The position numbers were made by a program, and so were the translations under genes. Positions 1 to 12,485 of a DNA stretch of 64,000 nt are shown here, piece after piece. Under the pieces are notes generated by a model. The model saw nothing but the letters and a program-made list of their open reading frames with translations. It ran no database searches and was not told the origin of the DNA. The stretch comes from Laetmonice hystrix (taxonomy: Eukaryota). The stretch is taken from NCBI GenBank assembly GCA_965235115.1, contig OZ249436.1, positions 33,790,001 to 33,854,000 of the forward strand. Direction: 5' to 3'. How positions within the stretch are numbered: the first letter of the stretch is position 1; the number at the start of each line of letters is the position of its first letter.

Positions 1-3000
1 TTGGCCAGGCTTCCTTCTGTAACCAGGCAGATAAAATATGACCCGAGGGTATCTAGCTGATCAGTCAGGTGTCGATCCCATCTCGCTTTACAATAGGAAG
101 GATTCGTAGTCCGGGCCTGACATCCCGGGTCAGTGTAATCTGTAGACGGCAAAAAAAATGGAAGAGCAAACCCAAGACCAGACTCTTTGTGACTCAGCTC
201 CTGGTTGCGTGTGCTTTCTTTCCTCCTCAAAGGGGTATGATTGTACAGAACCCCTCAAATTTAATTTTAAACACAGCTCGGTAGATCGAGTTGGCATATT
301 ATGTGCAGGGTTGTACCCAGCGGGGGAGGGGGGTGAGTCAGCCCCGAACTAAATCTTTAAACAAGTATTTTTCATTTTGAGAGAAATATGCCCTTAATGA
401 CAAGTACCCCCTTCGACCCCCGGATTGAGCCGTACGTAGTTGACCCATCATGACGAAGCATTTTCGCCGTCTTTTCACGCATGCTTTACAATAAGTGTAC
501 ATTCAAAATTACTTATGCGTCAGGATACATGTACCTGAGTTCGTATACGTCTAGAGGTTCTACATAGAGATTCTTAAGCTTATCCAGCCACTGCCCGTCG
601 ATCGTGCATGTATAGCCTACAGAGGCGCCCACATCTTCACCCACCTTGTCTGAACCACAAAAATGCGTTTGTAGTCAAAGGGTAAAACCCCACAAACTTC
701 CGTCACTCAAGCATGGAGTAAGGTTGTCTGGGGTCGTCATGTGCAATAAATAGCAGACCTACACACTTTTAATAAAATCAAAATAATATTTGACGGATCC
801 CTGTCGGTGCGCTCGCTCGCCTGTATGGCATATTTAGGAGAGAAGCTGTCTTGGCCTATTCTTCTTGCTATGTTTGTTCTTGTTGGCCTTCCTCTTCTTC
901 CTCTTCCTCTGTTTCTACATAACGGTTTTTTTCTCATCATGTTTTATTCTGCGCTATTTTAAGTCGATCCTTCCCAAATGGTCCAGAATGCGTTGTTCAC
1001 ATACCGAAGAAACTCGGCCGTACCTTTTGGCGTCAATGTCCTCGATAAAGTGGACGTTTACCTAATTAGTCGCTCCAAGCACGGTACGGTATGTGGGTTT
1101 CTGAATCTATACATAACATCATGCAGGACTGAAATACTACGGAATCGTGCATTGGCGGGTGAGCAGGAATGACGACCAGAGAAGGTCAAGTTTAAAACTT
1201 CTTACAGTTTGGTTCGGGCTGGAGGCAAATTCCGGCGTGTTACACCAACTACAAGTTATAATATGCTGCCCTGTCGCCTGACAACATGCTTAACGTTAAG
1301 TCACGAGTCGCGGTCATATTCTAAGAACAAAACTGAAGTTGAAGTTTTACGAAGCGATGGCTTATCTTTGGCGTCTACAAATGGGGCCGATAATAGACCA
1401 CCAGATTTTACGAGACCGTGCATTCTTAAGCTTTGATCAAATACATCGACTTCTTTTTACCCCCTCGCCCCCCCCCCCCCCCAAATAGAGAGAAGTGTTG
1501 GAACTTTTCTACGTCTATTATGTCTTAAATCTAGTGTTTCTTGACGACTTCGTTGGTGTGGACACTAGTTCAAAGCGGTGGTGAACTGTATAATTGTGTC
1601 AAAATCGCGTCATCGCCGACCAACTTTCCATCCACCGGACCTGTACGCACCAATAGGCTCGTTCTAACAGCCGCTATAGAGACAGCCTCTGTCTGTGTTA
1701 TAGAGACAGCCTCTGTTCACCATCGTCTCACCACGTCGGCTACAGGCAAGTCCGGGACGCCAACGATCCACGGGGAGGGAGGCAATTACATTGACTTCAT
1801 ACACAAAGAAATGTATGTTTTTTTTAGTCCTATTCGCATTTATAAAAAAAAAAACCACAGATGGCACAATGCCCCCTTTCAGTCCAGTTTTCTGTGATCC
1901 AGATGGGTAGGTGGTTGGGGTTAGTGGGTAACCTCACCTGGATGGGCTCGAGCTTAGGACCAGGCCCCCAATAAGCTACAATAGGATTCAACAAATTTAT
2001 AACACTTTTTCATGCCATTCTATCTTCTTTTTTCATTCCAAAGCTTAAAAAATCAAAGAAATTTAACCGAATGCAATTCAGTTGGAATTGCCATAATCTT
2101 ACCTGCAATGAGAACTTGTCGATAGGCACGGCAAGCCCATGGTAGGCCTATGTATGTCAATGGCACCTTTCTCCCGTGTGCTGTGGACAAGACAGGGTAA
2201 ACTACCGTAACACATGCCGTATCTGTCCCTGTATTGGCACGACCAGTTAGCCGACAAGCACGAGGTAAACTCACAGGGCCAAGAAAGTCCGTAATCCCAA
2301 TGTCTCGAAGATCCCGTATTGATCTGAAACAGTCCGACTTGTATCACCCATCAGGATACAAAGGTGCAGCCGTGTTCGGGGAGACTGAAGGTGTAACAGT
2401 ATAGGATCAGGAAGCGTCAGAGGAGGGAGGGCGGAGTGCACAGGGAAGGATAAACTCGTTTTGACGTCTTACCTTCCCACGCGCCGATCTTAAATAGCCG
2501 TTCGGCGACACCGTTGACGGCTCGACGTCAAATGCCGTGACCGGCACGGACCTCGGCGGGGCTGGCGGCGATGGCAGGCAGGTGGGCGGGCGGGCGGGCC
2601 ACTGGACGGGGTCGAGTCGTCACGACTCCCACCGTTGGCCTGTTTCGGACGATCACACCCGCCGGAAGGTTCAATTCCGGATTGCTCCGGCTCAAAACTC
2701 CGGAATGTAACCTCACAGGGTAACGGCGAGCAAACCGTCCGGACCTGAAAACTTTCACCAAAAAAAGATCTCAAAAGAAATGTATCCAGAGTGGTATAGA
2801 TCTGTACTATGTCCTTGAGAAATAGGGCCTGTATAGGTACAGACAGGGAGGGGATTCAATCATATAACGTTGTAGGTTGTATAGATAGAGTGCAAAGGCG
2901 ACGCCCGTACATACGTCATATCATGCCCCAGTTGTAGCTGAGCTCAGGAGACCGACCAACCAACCATGGCTGGTTGGTCATGGGCTATGGACGCTGTCAT

Positions 3001-3446
3001 TTCTCTCAACAAAACATCCGAAAGCTGAACCAGTCAGCCTATTCACTGGTTCATGTTTTCTAGAATTCGCGAATCTTCCGTTTATGTAAGAATATTAATA
3101 ATACAAACTTAATGTATACAGTGATAAGATAGACAGATCATGGATGTCCTGAATTAGTATATTTGGTGTTTAACGCCCATGCATGCATATAGTCATGAGT
3201 ATTTCGGCTATATCAGGGCAAGAACAAGGTTAACTAACTCAGTCCGTGAAATGCTAAATGGGTGATAATGATGAGATGATAGGAAGAAACCTGCTCACCG
3301 GGGCGAACCCCTAATCTTTTCGATATGCTAAGGGTGCCCCATGCACCACAGCCGTATCGTGACACGGCCGGCCTTTGATAAAACAGTGGACAGCACTGCT
3401 ATCATGGATGTCGACGTAGGCCTACAGTGTCATTATTTATTAAAGG

Positions 3447-3607
3447 CAGTGGCAGATTTAGGGGGGGGGGGGTTACTGGGGTTGCAACCCCCCCCCTTCC
3501 GTTACGAAGTAGGCCTATAATTTGTCTTTTTTTCCTGCTTGAAAGGGTCACACAAAACATACCCCCCCGTTGCCACCCCCGTTGGCGCAAACCTAGCTCC
3601 TCCCCTG
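3447..3607. mobile_element. MITE with CAG(T/G)GGC-type TIR and apparent 5-bp TSD
   Basis: CAGTGGCAGATTTAGG ... CCTAGCTCCTCCCCTG, flanked on both sides by AAAGG. Confidence 0.55.
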
Positions 3608-6600
3608 AAAGGTATAAGAGGACTATCCATCTTTTTTCATGCATACTTTTAGGTGTGACTCTTTCATGCAACATACGAATAGGTAAGTACACCTTATTAT
3701 TTTGTTGTCCTATACAGTTGATATGTAGTGAGTAGTGAGTGCACTGTGACCAAGGACACTATGCCCATACATGCATTATGTATTGTTGCTACAGCAACGT
3801 ATAAAATTGCTGCAACTGCAAAACTGTCCGATACTAATGACAAAAGCCAAACCCGAGAGTCCACGCCTTATATAATTAATTCATGGATCCAATATTGTTA
3901 CAGGTGATCCGGTCCTCGGCCCCTTGGCTTTACGGACCACGTATAGACCACGTACATGAAAAAGCCTTGGAATTTTAACGACAGTGTACCAAAACAGCGT
4001 ATGACAACTAGCTTCAGCAAGACGTTCGGCTTTATACACTTCTTCAACAAGTTATACGGTTATGGCATGTCTGCTATAGCCGGGCTACCGGGGAAACCGC
4101 TTTGCTTGCATTCCTTGGGATAAGCTACTAGAATAGATTAAGTCTGGCCCCGGTGAAGGGCGCGATCCATATTCCATTTTCTGTGCAAGTTGCAACCCCT
4201 GCGTAAATAAGTGGCAACCCCGAATTGTGCACGGTGCACGCGATCTCCTCTGCATGGTGGAAGAAGTACGAATCGTTCATACAACGCAACACCTGCATTG
4301 TCGTATCTGGGATTTTCTCAAGGAGGTAGGAGAGAAAAACTGGCATCAAATACGCGGGCCCAACTCTTTGCGCCCCCCACAATCCGTCCTATACATTTTG
4401 ATTGTAGATTCACGAAATGTCAAACGTTGAAAAACTTTGTTTAGATTTATTCCACGTTGAGGCATCCTTCTATTGTCCTTTATTCTTTACCGGCCACGGG
4501 GAAACTCACGAAATCGTCTTTGTAATTGCATGTGCATCATGCAGTTCAGCGCCACTGTGATGATGGTAACCATATCTCTGGACCTTGTTCCGACTTTTGA
4601 GTTGGTACTCGTAAATGCATGGTAAGGCCCTATACAGTCCAAGAAAAATGGTTTATTGGTGTGCATATAATCAGAGGTTTCTATATAAGGAAGGTATCGA
4701 CGTATTTTGGGTATATATACACTCATCACCTGCACTATAGTGATTATATGTTAAGACCCCTTTCTTCCGTATTTCCATGCATGTCAACCTTCAGGGTCGT
4801 CAGAGAAAACTCTGTGTTGTTAATGCAACGTAGCCTTTCAAAGTTATTGCGTCCACTATATTTCTACGACTTTTTGAAGATGTTGCTAATGATGACACTG
4901 CACCGCGACCTTAAAATTTCTGCAAATTCCGAGGGCGCATCATGACATTTTCTATGGTATAGTTGTTCAAGGTTTCAACATAGTCTCCCCTTTTCAGATA
5001 ATGTGCTGAGTTCGGACCTTACTTAAAAAGGGGCAAAAAATCGTTTTTTGCTCGCCATGAAACTGGGTTGGCGTAGCTGGTCGGACGTGACGTCTTCCGG
5101 CGTAAAGCTTCTAGAAAACGCTATAGGTGACAGATTCGTTAAGCGAGATAGGCCTATGCCGCCTTGGCGTCTTACCCCGGCGGTGCGCCTTGACCTACGC
5201 TACTGGTCTGAATTGTATGCCGATAACAACTGATATCGTGACGTCACACGGCAACAGCAACATATATCGCCGCGGTCCCGACGAGATGGATCGTAGGGCC
5301 TAGATCTATAGGCTACTTTAATGTATATAGGGCCTACGTTACATCAATTCCAAATTCCAAATGCTTTTAGCATTAACTTTGTGATATCCCGTTGATTTCT
5401 TCGACGTTGAACTCCCCCCCCCCCCCCCCCCCCCCAGTTCCCAGTTGACAAATTAGGGAGAACACCTGGCTGTAGTCCCTGATTCGGATTGCCTTATGCA
5501 TGGACGGGGGCTTAAAGGGGCACCGCACGTAACTTCGAAATTTCGGAAAAAAAAGCTTAGATCTACCTGTCACCGACCCATTGACATGTGAAGACGCACT
5601 GTTGCTGCAGTACTGCAGTATGATGATCTTTGTTAACTAAGATTCAGGTCGAAGGTGTATAAATATGATAATAGCAGGATTTTGAATCTGTCTCCTCTCT
5701 CCGAAAGTGGCGCTGCAAATGACGTAGAACAACATCCCATATAAATCCCAGGTTCCGGGGAATCCCATGCTAACTTCCGGTATCTCTCTACAATATTTCA
5801 TCAAAGCAAGCGTATACGCTTGCTTTGCAAATATGTCTGCGATGAAACGGGCTTTTAAGTGCCGAAAATCGATGTATCTAACAGGATCAGCTAAAAATCT
5901 AAAAAAGGATAGCGCATTAGATCACCTACGCGCAAAAGGGACTTCTCCTGTTGTCCAGCTATCCAAAATGGCCAAGTGGTTGGAAGATAGCGCGTTGGAT
6001 CGCAACGGAATCGGCTGAGCGTTCTTACATTGGTACATTTGGTTGGTCTCACTTAATTTTATTTGAGTGAGTGTACGTACACGGGCTGCGGCTGCGCCTC
6101 CGTTACCCCGGGCAACGCTATACGTCGGTGCGAGTTCTTGGTGGCGTTGCACCCGATCAGCGGTGAAATATCTCTTCAGGCTGTCAATACGACAAGTTTG
6201 AGGTGTATGACGTCGCTGATCAACTCGACCTTCAGTGGCCGTCTTCTTCTGTTGACGAAACGGGCACTTCAGGAAGTATGATCGAAGACACCGTTTATGT
6301 AACGATTAAACGGATTGTTCGGTAAGTTTGTATTAACATTGTCATTTCAATTTTTTATATCATCACTACAATCTTTCTGTCTCATTCTTTGTTCTGAACC
6401 TTATCGAACTACAAATTGTCCACATAAGAACAAGTTTTATGATCACGCCAAGACAGTTTCACTCGTAGGCCTATCTGAAGCTGGACAGTCGGCCTAAAAC
6501 TTTGCAAGGTTACGCACTCTACGCCACGTTTTTCTGAGAGTTAATCGTTAAAACTTGGAATTTCATCGTCGAGACTGCAATTCCAAAATTAGACTATGAG

Positions 6601-6899
6601 AAAATTGGTATCTTATATACTCTTGTAAACCTTCTAGACATGAAGGAAATTACGAACCTCGTATACTATATTTAGTTGACATATAGGCTTGATTTATATT
6701 AGGTTGTAGGAGATTTCCAGAAAAATGTCCATGTTCTGTCAATGTTGTCATGTTTTCTCGGACCACGGTGCAGCGCTTATGAAATATAATATAATTACAT
6801 GTCAGTTAGACCTTAAAAACTTTGTTTGACATGCAGAAAAAATATTTTGTCGGTAAAGTTATCAAGAGCTCCTCTGTCATGGACAGTATAATCACGAGG

Positions 6900-7490
6900 C
6901 AGCAATGTTAGCATTATCCCTCATAACAGGGCGGCAATGTCGGCAATGCCGCTCATAACGGGGCGGCAATGTTGGCATTGCCCCGCATAACGGGGCGGCA
7001 ATGTCGGCATTGCCCCTCATAACGGGGTGGTAATGTCGGCATTGCCCCTCATAACGGGGCGGCAGTGTCGGCAATGCCGCTCATAACGGGGCGGCATGCA
7101 ATGTTGGCATTGACTCTCATATAACAGGGCGGCAATGCCGGTAATATAGGCCTATGTCCATAACGGGGTGGGACCTAATGTTGGCATTGTCCCTCATAAC
7201 GGGACGGTAATGTTGGCATTGTCCCTCATAACGGGGCGTGACCTAATGTTGGCATTGCCCCTCATAACGGGGCGGTAATATCGGTATTGTCCCTCATAAT
7301 GGGGCGGTAATGTCGACATTGTCCCTCATAATGGGGCGGCAATGTCCGCAATATAGGCCTACCGCTCATAACGGGGCGGCAATGCCTCTCATATAGTAAA
7401 CGGGGCGGTAATGTCGGCAATGTGCCTGGCAACGAGGTGACAATGTCGGCAATGTCCCTGAGGTGGCAATATTGGGAGGTGGCAATGTCG
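6900..7490. repeat. 32-bp hairpin-forming minisatellite (about 15 units, decaying to the right)
   Basis: Consensus TCATAACGGGGCGGCAATGTCGGCATTGCCCC, with units at 6921, 6953, 6985, 7017, 7049 and 7081. Confidence 0.92.
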
Positions 7491-9409
7491 GCAATTAGAG
7501 AGGTTAAGAACCGCCCCCAGTTCGAGACCGAGAACGAGGGGATTCCCTTTTTGTTGACTACGTCATCAGTCCCAGAGGGCTTCCACCGCGGCTGGAGGTC
7601 GACTCGGTCGTGAAAACGTGGTGGAGTGCTTGAAGTCGTAAGTGATTTCCGTGGTGATTCAATTCCACTTTTAACCTTAGTTTTGTTAAGAAAGTAATGT
7701 CAAATATTACGAATATTAGCATGGCCGTTTGGCCCCACATTCCCCTACTACGTCATCAAGTGTGGAGGGCTTCCCCATCACGACGTCGAAATTTCGGTTG
7801 GCCAAACGCCGCAACTGCTTCGAAGTCGATAGCGATTTCCGAGGTGAATTCTTTTACTGAAAATCTTTACCTCATTTAATGTACGTTTTAACATCCGAGA
7901 ACGACAACGACTCGTCATTCTCGTTCTCGTTAATCTCGGGGCACATCTTAGCTTGTCTATAATGACCACTTTTAAGGGTATAGTGTCCAATGCCTAATAG
8001 GCCTAGGCCTACTGAATTGGTAGCCATGTTAGGGCAAACTATAGATCTAAGTCCTTTATTATGGGTAGCAACAAAGCCAACAGAATTCTCCAATTAAGTA
8101 AGAAATATAAGAAGGCCCTACAGCTGATTATCAACGCATTTAATATTATTCCGTAGATAGACCTATATGGCATAGGCTCTGCCATCTGCATGCATATCTA
8201 GGTAGGTGATAAGTTTCATGCATCATACAATTCACTCAGCTTTCTGACGCCGATGTCCGAGAATTTGTAAAAAAATATTATACATAAAATTTCTCGGTTC
8301 CGTCTGAGGCATGAATGGACGGTGGCCCGTGATATATGACGTACTGTCCCGTTTTCCCCTAAGTGACATTTTAGAAACATTTCAACTCATGTTTTAGAAC
8401 AGTTTGAAACAAATCCCTCAGTCGTTCTAGTTACTGTTATTTAAAATGCGGATATGAATTCGATCTCTGATCCCCTGGCTTCTATGTCATGTTGGTTAAC
8501 CAGAATCGTTACATCAGACACGTCAGAATTCTAAAAAAAAATTCAAGTAAAATACTTGAAACTAGAGGCATCGCTGCCACTCCGCGCGGAAATTGTGACA
8601 TCACGTCTGAGGTAGGCCTATACTTCCAAGACGAAACAATAGGTGGCACTTCTTTTAGAGGCTGCGTTATTTACCTGTCCCTTTTTGACCCGCGTAGGCC
8701 TCCAAGTTTTACCCCACACTCCCCTATATATACACAAAAAGGTACCTCGTTTTCGTTCTCGGGTAGACCGGAAACTGTCCACCTGGCTGGGTGCAGACTG
8801 AGACCGTAGCGCAGCGGCCATTTTATATGGAATTCCCGTTACGGAAGTGGCGTTGTGCGCATCGAGTCTGATGGCCTGCCTCCTAACTGCGCTCCGTGTA
8901 ATCAAGAGAGCTGGGGACCAGTCCAAACGCTGCTACATACGCAACAGCCAATCCAGGTGACTCTGCAATCACTGATGCATGAAGAGAGTGAGATTCTTGG
9001 TATCTGGTTATTCCTGTCCCTCACAACAACCCATTGTGAAAAAGAGGACAGTTGATACTTTTTTTAAAGTTCAAATTTTTAGTTAAAAGTAGCCTATTGG
9101 TGCGTTTTCATTGACTGTCAGTATAATTCAAAATGGTCGCTGCATGGCAGCCATCTTGGATGTAAAGACATTTCAAGCAATAACTCGCACAAAACAATCA
9201 AAACAATGGTGCAAAGGAGGTGCGTTTTAGGGGCAATGTATATGCCAATGTATTCTCAGTTCAGAGCAAATATGGTGGCATGGCGGCATATTTTCGATAG
9301 CCTGGATCTTCAAAAACAAGTTTAGGATAACGCGTCAAGGAGCTGATTTTCAAAAGAGGCCTCGAAAAAAGTTTGAGTAGCACACCCAATAAACAGAAGG
9401 GTTGACTTA

Positions 9410-10177
9410 AGCCGGCCACACACCAGAGAAACTGGGTCATCCGACCCGACCGGACTGGGCAGTTTCCTTGGTGTGTGCGCGCCTACGACGGCCAGTTCTT
9501 CAGATTAAACATGTTGAATATGAAAGACTGCGACTCCCGACTCCCGACTCGGTGTGTGTTGACAGTCGGCAGTCTTTAGTCGGCTGAGAGGCAAAAGCCA
9601 ATCAGTGCTCCGCAAAGTACCATGTGATGATTCGTGTCATGTGATCCATATTGTCCATACGGACATGGAGAGGCATGGAAGAAAGTAGCAGCAGAGTTTG
9701 AGGAAAAGTGGAATTTTCCTCATTGTGTTGGAGCACTGGATGGCAAGCACATGCATCAGACTCAAACCACCAACAAATTTCGGGTCCATTTTCCATAATT
9801 ATAAACTAAATTATATTATTGAAGGACTATTTCAACTCAACAGCCGGGGCAGTATCATGGCAGGATAGCATGATTTGTTCAAGTGCCACTCATTTCACCT
9901 GGATGGATTTGATCAATTTTCGATCCTGTACGACCTACTCGAAGTTGCGCAATCGCAAACTGCTTACTTTGGTGGTTTGAGCAAAGTTCCACATGTCGCG
10001 CTGTAGTTGCATGCTTAGTATGGAAAATTTCCGGGTGGGGCGCATCCATCGCATCAACGACTGTCAGTCGGGAGTCGGCTCGGTGTGTGCGGGGGGCACA
10101 CACCTAGTCTTAGCGCCATAAAACTGGTCCCGACTGGTCAGTCTCTGCGACTGACCCAGTTTCCTTGGTGTGTGGCT
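9410..10177 (+). mobile_element. PIF/Harbinger non-autonomous deletion derivative
   Basis: TTA TSD (9407-9409 and 10178-10180); TIR AGCC(GGCC)ACACACCA..GAAACTGGGTCA; internal transposase fragment. Confidence 0.88.
9660..9805 (+). pseudogene. Harbinger transposase fragment (first catalytic D region)
   Basis: EAWKKVAAEFEEKWNFPHCVGALDGKH, then a frameshift, then IRLKPPTNFGSIFHNYK; matches the HARBI1/ALP1-family WNFPHCxGAIDGKHI..P..SGS.F.NYK motif. Confidence 0.9.
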
Positions 10178-10948
10178 TTAAGCCGTCCCACGGTGCCGCC
10201 GTGCCGAAAATGGAAAACTCCCCACTTAATTACAGAGTTAGAATATCTGGTTTGCTCGCCGGTGAAGAAGAGACTGCTTTGCCTCTAGGCCTACGCCAGA
10301 AAATTCGAGAAGGATAGGTATGTTGAGAAATTAGATTTGAACTATGTGCCTGTGCGTAGGAAGAAATTCGCCTATTTACTGCTCATCTCTATACATCCGC
10401 GATGCCGCTTTACACGACTTTGCGCAAATCCTGGGGAAATGGCCGCTTCATACATCCGAGGCCTGGTTCGCCTCCGGCTATGACCTAGAAACAGCCAATC
10501 AGAAGCAGCGTCGGTGTTCCGAGTGGAAAGCACATGTGTTTGTTTACGTTTGCGTGGTGACTACTTTCAATATGGCGACGGTACCGTAAGCCTACAACCC
10601 AGATTTGCTGTAATTTGTCGACGGTGAACGGAGTGCGTTTTTGAGATATGAGCCAAAACAGTGTTATTTGGGGGTCAATAAACAAAATTGGCCGCCACGT
10701 CGCCGTATTTGGGCTTAACAGAGACTAGGCCTACATCGTCATTTTTTTGACACCCTTGGGTACATTGTTACACGTACAAAATAACAAGGAATTACACGTT
10801 TCGAATGGTTCAATTGAAAATTATTTTGTTTGTGGCTCTTTTGAAGGACCTCGACTTCCAAACCTGTAAAATGTTTTCTTGCATCTCTGTATTAAGTTGG
10901 CATGGCGTTATAAGTGAATTAATGAGGTGGAGATGGGGTGATATATAC

Positions 10949-11856
10949 TGTAGCGACCCTGACTGTGGGTGTTAGTTTTAGTACAGGGCCGGGGATAGTT
11001 TACTTCTCGTTGTGTTCATTTACCTCGAAAGGATTGAGACGGTGTGGCTGGAGTGGGGGAAAATGGACTAAGGTGTTAAATATGGGCAAAGAGGGGAGGT
11101 GAGACATAACACAGCATATAGTTGATAATGAAATATATTGGTCACTTCACGGTCCCTGACCCGTTGTGGTTGGCGGCTTACCTGGTTCATGTGCACGTCA
11201 GTTACAAATCAAGATAGCGGGTTTAGACAGGGGGGGGGGTACATCTCTTGGGAGAGCGCCACTCCTTTGGGAGGCGAGCCAGCTAGCAACACACACCGCG
11301 GAACAGCAGGGTAGGTCTTCGGCGCAGAAGGTAGCACTGGGTTGGGAGGCTCGGCATTGACCTATCAGTCGCCAGCCTCAGCCGGACCAGGTTGCCGAAT
11401 GCACTCCCGCTGCTGGAAACTGAAGATTCTCTTGTAGACCAGTGCCGCCAACTGCGCGCTTACTCCGCTCTCCCGACTGCTGCTCTACTGCTGCTCTACT
11501 GCTGCTCAGGCGGGTGGTGGTGCTGGCTGCCGTCCCATCGGAGAGGGTGGATCACTCTCCCCGAATACAGGGCGTGCAGGCCCTTATAAAGGGGGGACCC
11601 TGCAGCCTACCAGGCCGGCGACCAGTGAGGGGCAGCCCTCTCCACCCGGCCAGCGGGGCTGACCAATGGGCAAGCATCCGCCCAGGAGTGGCCTGAGATT
11701 GACGTCTCAGCTCCCCACTTGGCCACGCCCACGCACGCACAGTCTGGACACTGGCGGGTGGGAGGGAGGCCACCACGGTCACCGGCACATACACTAGAAT
11801 AAGGCCTTACAATAAACTTAAGGGAAAAATGCACACACAAACCCAAAATCGCCACA
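10949..11856 (-). repeat. 3' LTR (908 bp)
   Basis: Direct repeat of 18682-19589 at a constant offset of 7733; predicted ORFs in both copies are identical. Confidence 0.97.
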
Positions 11857-11870
11857 TCCCACCCTACCTT
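11857..11870 (-). other. Polypurine tract
   Basis: AGGTAGGGTGGGGA on the minus strand directly abuts the 3' LTR. Confidence 0.85.
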
Positions 11871-12084
11871 CGTAAAAACTCGTCCTCGAGTTTAAGGCAA
11901 GGAGGGAACCACATAAAACGGGAGTACAATCAAAGCTAAGGTCAACAAGAACGTTGACTGACAAAAGTATACTTACAAAAGTACGCTTAAAAACACTCAC
12001 AAAAGTATACTTACAAAAGTACTGTAAAAAGAACTCCTTGGCCTAACACCTGCTTTAATAACTGACCCAAGGAAAAGTAAACGA

Positions 12085-12470
12085 TGGGGAGAGGGGCTGA
12101 TCTGCCTCTCCCTCTCCAGCGGTGGGGTCACACGACAAAACTCTACTTTAACACTGGCCCAGAAAATTAAAAATAACGACTAAGGGGCTAGTCTGCCTCA
12201 GTCTCCAGCGTTGGGGCCTGTAAAACAAAATACGTTAACACAATAATTACATCCTGTCAATCTAACACCGGCCCAGAAAATTAAAATAACGACTAAGGGG
12301 CTAGTCTGCCTCAGTCTCCAGCGTTGGGGCCTGTAAAACAAAATTAACACGAATATCAAGTCCTGACAGTCTGCTTTAAAGTTTAACACTTGTGGCTCAG
12401 AAAAATACAAAATAGCTACTGGGGCAGGGTGCTAATCTACTCTGCCCCCTCCAGCGTTGGAGCCAATACA
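12085..12470. repeat. Tandem units of about 114-121 bp in the 3' internal region of the LTR element
   Basis: ACAC(T/C)GGCCCAGAAAATTAAAAATAACGACTAAGGGGCTAGTCTGCCTCAGTCTCCAGCGTTGGGGCCTGTAAAACAAAAT at 12151 and 12265, with diverged copies on both sides. Confidence 0.85.
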
Positions 12471-12485
12471 CTTTACCTTTACACT

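Noticed and set aside
900-1430. Polinton/A32 packaging ATPase similarity (SISVLHDVMYRFRNP)
   Set aside because: No Walker A/B motifs, multiple stops and no other Polinton genes or termini.
6900-7490. CRISPR-like array (32-bp hairpin repeats)
   Set aside because: Units are directly adjacent with no unique spacers, there are no cas genes, and the context is eukaryotic; it is a minisatellite.
8745-8850. First coding exon MAAALRSQSAPSQ... with YY1/ETS-like promoter motifs on the minus strand
   Set aside because: I could not link it in phase to any downstream exon without an early stop, and AAAATGGC motifs are common in local transposon subterminal repeats.
11166-11855. Short ORFs within the LTRs (duplicated at 18899-19663)
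   Set aside because: GC-rich LTR sequence with overlapping ORFs on both strands and no protein features.
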